Below, piece after piece: positions 47,314-54,118 of a stretch of 54,118 nucleotides of DNA. How positions within the stretch are numbered: the first letter of the stretch is position 1; each line of letters opens with the position of its first letter. The DNA is from a virus (Duplodnaviria > Caudoviricetes), in the IMG/VR virus record IMGVR_UViG_3300046170_000018, positions 1 to 54,118 of that record. One strand, written 5' to 3'. A model generated the notes under the pieces. That model worked only from the letters and a program-made list of their open reading frames with translations, was not told the origin of the DNA and ran no database searches. The translations under genes were made by a program, and so were the position numbers.

Positions 47314-49267
47314 GTGTGGCTATTGATTATAGCTCTGGTGCGTTTGAGGCTAATATGGCTCAGGGAGTTGGTACAGTTACGGCTGCTACTGGCGGCGCAT
47401 ATAGTCTTGCTAACTTTAGTTATGACAGTGTGAGCTTTAGTGTAGCAACGCAAGAGCCGGGACCATCAGGTTTATTTTTTAAACCTGACGGATATAAAAT
47501 GTATATTTGTGGTGTCACTGGGGTTGTGGCTTTAGGATTTAAAGAAATACATGAATATGATTTAAGTACTGCTTGGGATTTTTCAACTGCTTCATATAGT
47601 CAAAGTTTAAGTGTTTCATCAGCAGAAACAACACCTCAAGGTATTTTCTTTAAAGACGATGGAACTAAAATGTTCATCATTGGAAATACAGGTGATGCTG
47701 TTCACGAATATACTTTAAGCACTGCTTGGGATATTTCTACTGCCTCATTTGTTGATTCAACTTCAATCAGTAGCCAATCAACTAATCCACAAGATTTATT
47801 TTTTAAATCTGATGGAACTAAATTGTACGTTCTTGCCGGATTTGGTAGTGCTATACATCAGTATACTTTAAGTACGGCTTGGGATGCCTCATCTTTATCA
47901 TATGACAGTGTGAGTTTTGATTTAGATAATACTATAAATGCATCATCTGCTAAAGGTATATTTTTTAAGCCTGATGGAACAGAACTATGGGCAGTTTTTG
48001 ATGGGGGAAATAGACTTGCTCAATTTAATTTAAGTACAGCTTGGGATGTTTCTACTGCCTCATATGATTCTGTTATTGGTTTAGTTAATTTTAGTGAAGA
48101 AGGTACTCCACAAGCTTTATTTTTTAAGTCTGATGGAAGCAAATTGTACATAGTTGGTCAGACAAATGACACAGTTTATCAATACTCAACTTTACCTGAC
48201 ACAACTATAGATATTTCTAGTGGTACATACTTTAATTATACTCCGTCTAGTACTACTAAGTTTGCTTTTTCTAATCCACCTGCATCAGGTGCGGCAGCGG
48301 GTTTTGCTTTGGCATTAACTGGTGCAAATGTGGCTGAAGGGTACGACATAGCTAATGCTAGTTATGATGGTGTGAGTCTTAGTTTATCACCTTACACTTC
48401 TATTAGAGGTCTTTTTTTTAAAGACGATGGGACTAAGCTTTACGTTGTTTCTGCTGGTGCTACTGCTGTTTACGAATATAATTTAAGCACCGCTTGGGAT
48501 GTATCCAGTGGAACCTATAGTCAGGCTTTTGATGTTGGTAATCAAGAAGGAAATCCCAACACTATTTTTTTCAAAGATGATGGCACTAAAATGTATATTT
48601 TAGGCAGAAATGGCGATGATGTAAATGAGTATAATTTAAGTACTGCTTGGGATATATCAACTGCATCTTATAGTCAAGTTTTTAGCGTTGCTTCACAAGA
48701 AACCAATCCTTTCGGTATGTTTTTTAAACCTGATGGTTTGAAACTGTACATTATTGGATTAATAAATAACACAGTCTATGAGTATACCTTAACTACCGCT
48801 TGGGATGTATCCAGTGCTAGTTATAGTTCAAATTCTTTTAGTGTAAACAGTCAAGATACTAACCCAAGAGAAATTAATTTTAATGATAACGGAACAAAGA
48901 TGTATATGATTGGAATAGCAAATGACAATGTTTACGAATATGATTTAAGCACCGCTTGGGATGTAAGTACCGCCTCATATAATTCAGTTTCATTTTCTAT
49001 TGGCAGTCAAGAACTCAACGCAACCGCATTTCGTTTTAAATCTGGCGGTTTTAAAATGTATGTTGTTGGGGCTTTAAACACAGTTTACCAATACAGCACG
49101 AGCGGTGCAGGAAGTGCTGCTACCTTTACTTACCCATCCTCAGTAGAATTTGCTGGCGGTACAGCCCCGGATGGCCCAGCTATTGGTGAAACAGATGTGT
49201 TGGTCTTTTATACAAACGATGGTGGTACAACTTATCAAGGCTTCAAGCCGGGGATGCAATGTCGTGA
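47310..49267 (+). CDS. Tail protein with two LSTAWD beta-propeller modules; true end probably GFKAGDAMS* at 49267 after a 1-nt deletion near 49249
   Basis: ~48-aa LSTAWD repeats. Termini homologous to 46954-47313. Confidence 0.75.
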
Positions 49268-50090
49268 GTGTAGCTAGGTTAATGCAAATGGGTGCGGCTG
49301 GTGTGCCTGTTGGTTGGACTGACCCTGACCTTGCCAATGCAAGTTATGATAGTGTGTCTTTAGATGTTAGCGCACAAGAACCTCAACCTAATAACGTATT
49401 TTTTAAGCCTGATGGCACTAAAATGTATGTTCTTGGTCAGACTGATGATGAGGTAAACGAGTACGATTTAAGTACGGCTTGGGATATTAGCAGTGCATCA
49501 CACAATCAAAACTTTAGTGTTGCAAGTCAAGAAATAGTTCCAACAGGAATTAGTTTTAAGCCTGATGGCAGCAAAATGATTATTGTTGGTTATACGATGT
49601 TGAAGTTCTTGAGTACAATTTAAGTACAAACTGGGATATTAGTACCGCATCCTATTCACAGGCTTTCAGTGTATCTTCACAAGACGCAACACCAATGAAT
49701 TTAAACTTTAACACTGCTGGCACTAAGATGTATATTCTTGGATGGGCTAACGACACAGTTTTTGAATATAATTTGTCTACTGCTTTTGATATTAGCACTG
49801 CATCGTATAGCAATAATTCTTTTTCAGTATCATCACAAGACGTTTCGCCTAGAAGTATTTTCTTTAACCCCGATGGCGATAAAATGTTTATGGCTGGGCA
49901 ATCAAGTGACACTGTTTATCAATACAGTTTATCAACTAATGACGATGTTTCTAGCGCATCCTATGACAACGTAAGTTTTGATATGTCGTCCCAAATCGTA
50001 GTTCCAAATGGTTTATTTTTTAAAAATGATGGCTCAAAAATGTATGTAGTAGATTTATCGGCAGACACTATTTACCAATATTCAACATAG
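49264..50090 (+). CDS. LSTAWD beta-propeller protein, frameshifted near 49590-49650
   Basis: GTG start overlapping the upstream TGA. ORFs 49150-49623 and 49695-50090 carry consecutive repeats. Confidence 0.7.
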
Positions 50091-50101
50091 AAGGAGCAAT
50101 T

Positions 50102-50620
50102 ATGTTTTTAGTAAAACTTACAAACGGTCAGCCCGACCAATTTCCATACAGCGTTGGGCAATTTCGCCGTGATAATCCGCAGACTAGCTTTCCTAAGCAG
50201 ATACCTAACACTATTCTGCGAAGGTATGCAGTCTATGAAGTAACTGAATTAGACAAACCAACCTATGACCCATTGGTGCAAACCCTAGTGCGTGGCACAC
50301 CTACACGGGAAGTTATACGGTTAAAGACAGAAGCTGACTGTACTGACCCTGAAACAAATGAAGTGGACACAGACCAAATAGGTCAGCCACTGTACGGGAA
50401 CGAATGGGAAGTAGCTTATACTGCTACTAACAAACCACAAGCTGATGCTGAGGCAGCGGTGCGTAACCAGCGTGACAGGTTACTTGCTGAGACAGACTGG
50501 ATGGCTTTGTCAGATATCACAATGTCGTCTGAAATGACAACATACCGCCAAGCACTGCGTGATGTACCAGCACAAGCTGGGTTTCCTTTCAGTGTAACTT
50601 GGCCTACAAAGCCGGAGTAG
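50102..50620 (+). CDS. Tail fibre assembly chaperone
   Basis: VR.QRD.LL.ETDW...YRQALRDVP.Q.GFP..V.WP.KP. Confidence 0.85.
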   Translation: MFLVKLTNGQPDQFPYSVGQFRRDNPQTSFPKQIPNTILRRYAVYEVTELDKPTYDPLVQTLVRGTPTREVIRLKTEADCTDPETNEVDTDQIGQPLYGNEWEVAYTATNKPQADAEAAVRNQRDRLLAETDWMALSDITMSSEMTTYRQALRDVPAQAGFPFSVTWPTKPE

Positions 50621-50624
50621 ATAA

Positions 50625-50831
50625 ATGAAACTAGAGCAGTCTGTAACCCCTGAACTTCGTGTGGCACTAGAACTAGAAGCGCATGAAAAAGAATGTGCAG
50701 TGCGTTACGCTGCTGTAGGTGAAAAACTAGAAGCACTAGACAAACGAATGTGGCGTATGGAAGCAATGATAATGGGTAGCACGATAATGGTAGTAGCTAT
50801 GGTGGTTACAGTATTTATGGGAATTAATTAA
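50625..50831 (+). CDS. Small coiled-coil plus single-TM protein
   Basis: HEKECAVRY...L..R..R.E followed by a hydrophobic tail. Confidence 0.7.
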   Translation: MKLEQSVTPELRVALELEAHEKECAVRYAAVGEKLEALDKRMWRMEAMIMGSTIMVVAMVVTVFMGIN

Positions 50832-50832
50832 T

Positions 50833-53481
50833 ATGGCAATGTTCAAAGGATTTAAACCTCAAGCAATGAATAAGATTGCAGGGGCTATGGGCTATCAAGG
50901 TGATATGAACCAGTTTCAGCAGTACGTTGACCAAGACCCTGCACGGCAACAGCAGATGAATATGTATACGAATGCTGCACGTATGATGGCAGCAGGTGGA
51001 TACGTACCGCAGTTTGAAGATGGTGGTTATGTTAATCCAGCAACTAGGTATACACTGCCCACGGCAGGTGATAGTGTAAGGACTATTCAAATAGGTTCTC
51101 CTCAAGATACAGCAGCAAATAGAAAGCGTTCTGCATATACAGACGAATTAAGATTAGCATTTAGAAATACCCCTGCTTATCAAGCACCTGCTCCTGTACA
51201 GCCACCTGCGCAACCACCTGCACAGCCTCCTGCACAGCCACCTGCTCAATCACCTGTACAGCCACCTGCTCCTGTACAACCACCTGTACAACCACCTGCG
51301 CAACCACCTGCACAGATTCCTTTTGATTTCGGACAAGGTCCTATACCTTTTGAAGGTGGACCAGCGATTGGACCAGAGGAAAGTGGACTGCCAACGCAGC
51401 CTAGACCAGAGCCGCAGCCTCAACCCCCTTCAAACAGAGGCGTTGTAACTAATCCAGACGGAACACAAGCTGGTACACCTACGGTAACAGGTGCTAGTCC
51501 TGCACAATATAATGTAACTCCCGCTACATATTATCAAGAAGGAGATGAGTTACCTGAAGGTGTAAATGTAGGCGATGAGAAAACAGCAGAAATCAAAAAC
51601 CAAGTTCCCGGTGTAGCACAGTTTAGTGTAGAACAAATGTATCAACCCGGTCTGCCTATTGGTGGTACAACAATTGCTACAGGCATTCAGCAAGACCCAA
51701 ATCAAATGGTCGCTCCGGGTACAGGTTCACTGACAGGTTCTGTACAAGTACCAACCGCTACTGCTGATACGTATCAGGCTGAACAGATTACACCATCACA
51801 AGCAAATCTTATGGATGCAGTACAGGCAGCACCTGAAGTAGATTCAGCTATGCAGGCTGTACAGGCAGCACAAACAAATCCGGATGACCCACGTTCTAAA
51901 ATTACTGCTGCGCAACAAACTACTTCATCAGTAGGTGATCTTACTGCTGCACAGGGTAATGCGCATTTAATTGATAATCCTGTACAACGTAACATTCAAA
52001 ACGGTGAGCTAATTAGTGGGGTTGCAGATGCAGCTACCGCCGCACAGTTTACAGAACAAATCCAAGCAGCTACTGCTACACCTTCACAAAAGGCTACTGT
52101 AGCAGGTCAGCTTGATGGATTAATGCAGCAGTTTGAGGGTGGTGCTACACCTGCTTGGGCTGCTGGTGCTATGCGTAAGGCTACAGCAACAATGGCTGCT
52201 CGTGGCTTAGGTGCATCCTCTCTTGCTGGTCAGGCTATCGTGCAAGCGGCTATGGAGTCTGCGTTACCTATTGCACAGGCTGACGCTGCCGTACAAGCGC
52301 AGTTTGAGGGGCAGAACCTATCTAACCGCCAACAACGTGCAATGCTTGCTGCGCAGCAACGTGCCACGTTTATGGGCATGGAGTTTGATCAAGCATTCCA
52401 GTCACGTGTACAGAACTCTGCACGTATTGGTGATATAGCTAACATGAACTTTACTGCAGAACAGCAGGTACAGCTTGAGAACTCTCGTGCTACTAACACG
52501 ATGAACTTAAACAACCTGTCTAACTCACAGGCAATGGTCATGGCTGAAGCCTCTGCACTAGCACAGTTGGACACACAGAACTTAAATAATAGGCAACAGT
52601 CAGCAGTACAGAATGCACAGAACTTCTTGCAGATGGATATGGCTAACTTGTCTAATCTACAACAGACAGAATTATTTAAAGCACAACAACGTGTTCAGTC
52701 TTTGTTTACGGATCAAGCCGCAACCAATGCTGCTGCACAGTTTAATGCATCCAGTGAAAATCAAGTTGATCAGTTCTTTCAAAACCTTGGCGCACAAGTG
52801 TCTCAATTTAATGCGACACAAGCTAATGCACAATCACAATACAATGCTGGTCAGGCTAATACAGTAAATCGTTTTAACGCAGAACTAAACAATCAACGTG
52901 ATCAGTTTAACGCACAGAACCAGCTTGTGATTGCACAAAGTAATGCACAGTGGCGTAGGCAGATAGCTACAGCAGATACGGCTGCAGTTAATCGTGCTAA
53001 TGAGTTAAATGCTAATGCTATTTTGGATATTAGTAAACGAGCTTATGATAATCTGTGGAATTTTTATGGTGACACGATGGAATGGGCGTGGACATCTGCT
53101 GAAAGTGAATTAGACAGATACAGTGCTATGGCTATTGCTGAATTAGATGCTGCAACATCTTCAGCAGCGGCTTCTGCTGCAGGTAGGTCTGCCGCTGGAA
53201 ATGCAATAGGTAGTTTAATTGGTACATTAGGCAGTGCATATTTATTTGGTCCTTGCTGGGTAGCACGTGAAGTATACGGCAAACAAAATGCTGAATGGTT
53301 TGTGTTCCGTACTTGGCTACAATATGATGCTCCTAGTTGGTTTAAAAAATTATACATGACACATGGTGAAAAGTATGCTAAACTAATTGCTAAAGTACCA
53401 CCATTAAAATGGGCCACAAAACAATTTATGGATATAGTAGTAAACAAGAAACGGAGAAAGCATAATGTCCAGACAATTTAA
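50833..53481 (+). CDS. Internal virion/DNA-pilot-like protein with C-terminal CFI-box-CTERM-like domain
   Basis: Q/A/N-rich QFNA repeats, glycine-zipper segment, then CWVAREVYG. Confidence 0.7.
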   Translation: MAMFKGFKPQAMNKIAGAMGYQGDMNQFQQYVDQDPARQQQMNMYTNAARMMAAGGYVPQFEDGGYVNPATRYTLPTAGDSVRTIQIGSPQDTAANRKRSAYTDELRLAFRNTPAYQAPAPVQPPAQPPAQPPAQPPAQSPVQPPAPVQPPVQPPAQPPAQIPFDFGQGPIPFEGGPAIGPEESGLPTQPRPEPQPQPPSNRGVVTNPDGTQAGTPTVTGASPAQYNVTPATYYQEGDELPEGVNVGDEKTAEIKNQVPGVAQFSVEQMYQPGLPIGGTTIATGIQQDPNQMVAPGTGSLTGSVQVPTATADTYQAEQITPSQANLMDAVQAAPEVDSAMQAVQAAQTNPDDPRSKITAAQQTTSSVGDLTAAQGNAHLIDNPVQRNIQNGELISGVADAATAAQFTEQIQAATATPSQKATVAGQLDGLMQQFEGGATPAWAAGAMRKATATMAARGLGASSLAGQAIVQAAMESALPIAQADAAVQAQFEGQNLSNRQQRAMLAAQQRATFMGMEFDQAFQSRVQNSARIGDIANMNFTAEQQVQLENSRATNTMNLNNLSNSQAMVMAEASALAQLDTQNLNNRQQSAVQNAQNFLQMDMANLSNLQQTELFKAQQRVQSLFTDQAATNAAAQFNASSENQVDQFFQNLGAQVSQFNATQANAQSQYNAGQANTVNRFNAELNNQRDQFNAQNQLVIAQSNAQWRRQIATADTAAVNRANELNANAILDISKRAYDNLWNFYGDTMEWAWTSAESELDRYSAMAIAELDAATSSAAASAAGRSAAGNAIGSLIGTLGSAYLFGPCWVAREVYGKQNAEWFVFRTWLQYDAPSWFKKLYMTHGEKYAKLIAKVPPLKWATKQFMDIVVNKKRRKHNVQTI
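51181..51315 (+). repeat. 12-bp tandem repeat encoding QPPA/QPPV
   Basis: CARCCACCTG(C/T)N units. Confidence 0.85.
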
Positions 53482-53704
53482 TGCTGCTAGAGAAGCCTAC
53501 AAACGTATGGATATTGAAGGATTTGAAAACTTAAAGACTATAAAAAAACCAGAAAAGACAGGTGGCCTATTAACTAGGTCTAATAATATGTCTAAAAAAA
53601 CAGATGGTCTTGACTACAATAATCCTGCTGTTCGTGTAGCTAAACAAATGCAAGTCATAAGAAAATACAGGGATGAAATAAATGGCGATAACGAATCAAC
53701 CTAG
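53465..53704 (+). CDS. Small hypothetical protein
   Basis: GGAG RBS. GGLL.R motif. Confidence 0.65.
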   Translation: MSRQFNAAREAYKRMDIEGFENLKTIKKPEKTGGLLTRSNNMSKKTDGLDYNNPAVRVAKQMQVIRKYRDEINGDNEST

Positions 53705-54118
53705 CTTTGATGCACCTATTCCGGGGCAGTCTTTAACTGCTGAGTTAGGTGCTAGACCATGGCAAACTCCTTCTAGATTTAGTACAGTAGATGATACCAT
53801 TGACTACTACATGGAACGTATGAGTAGTGAAGATTTCATGGTTCAACTAGCTGAAGTGCTAGAGTCTGGTGTGCCTGTTACATCTATTGCTAACTCTATT
53901 CAATTGTCTAGTGTTATGGAAAGTATACACACAGTAGATATTGGTATGCTTGTACTGCCTATGATTATGGAAATGATTATGATGATAGGTGACAGTGCAG
54001 GTGTTAAGTATGATACAGGTTTAGAAAACCCTAATAAGCCTATACTACGAGATTCGGCAATGGCTAAAGCTATTGCAGAGTATGAAGCAAACTTAAAAAA
54101 TAAAGATGAAGTAACCGA
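53682..54118 (+). CDS. Conserved virion-region protein (PIPGQSLT...PW motif); continues across the junction to base 73, 169 aa in total
   Basis: Read manually: MAITNQPSFDAPIPGQSLTAELGARPWQTP... The frame is open to the window end. Confidence 0.85.
   Translation, partial: MAITNQPSFDAPIPGQSLTAELGARPWQTPSRFSTVDDTIDYYMERMSSEDFMVQLAEVLESGVPVTSIANSIQLSSVMESIHTVDIGMLVLPMIMEMIMMIGDSAGVKYDTGLENPNKPILRDSAMAKAIAEYEANLKNKDEVT

Noticed and set aside
41759-50090. Diversity-generating retroelement or invertible tail cassette
   Set aside because: No reverse transcriptase or invertase is present. The repeats are direct and do not differ specifically at adenines.

Overview
The window is a complete, circularly closing ~54.1 kb genome of a marine podovirus of the HMO-2011 type (SAR116/Roseobacter-infecting group). 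The call rests on a family A DNA polymerase with an inserted DnaJ-like CxxCxGxG zinc finger, a tyrosine integrase directly upstream of separate primase and helicase genes, class II RNR, MazG, and no recognisable RNA polymerase. The last ORF (53682-54118) reads in frame into bases 1-73. Two divergent arms start at a ~900 bp control region (23722-24625). The minus arm carries early and replication genes (23721 to 5369). The plus arm carries small basic proteins, lysis, packaging, head, tail and ejection genes (24626 to 54118, then 1 to 5283). The arms converge at a terminator near 5290. Several essential genes are broken by clustered single-base indels, probably sequencing errors. The most notable unexplained signals are: (i) five identical copies of a 16-bp palindrome AGTCCAACATTGGACT confined to the early region, two inside ORFs; (ii) three long intergenic hairpins with unrelated stems but a conserved loop, two of them coupled to the palindrome and an RBS; (iii) a [MFYL]xxGG motif shared by many small basic and virion proteins; (iv) a CFI-box-CTERM-like domain on a probable DNA-pilot protein; (v) RMF-like and ArfA-like small proteins; (vi) a split DUF5872-like gene with a leaderless second half; (vii) tandem NtrC-like boxes. 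Family assignments are from motif recognition by eye; no searches were run.
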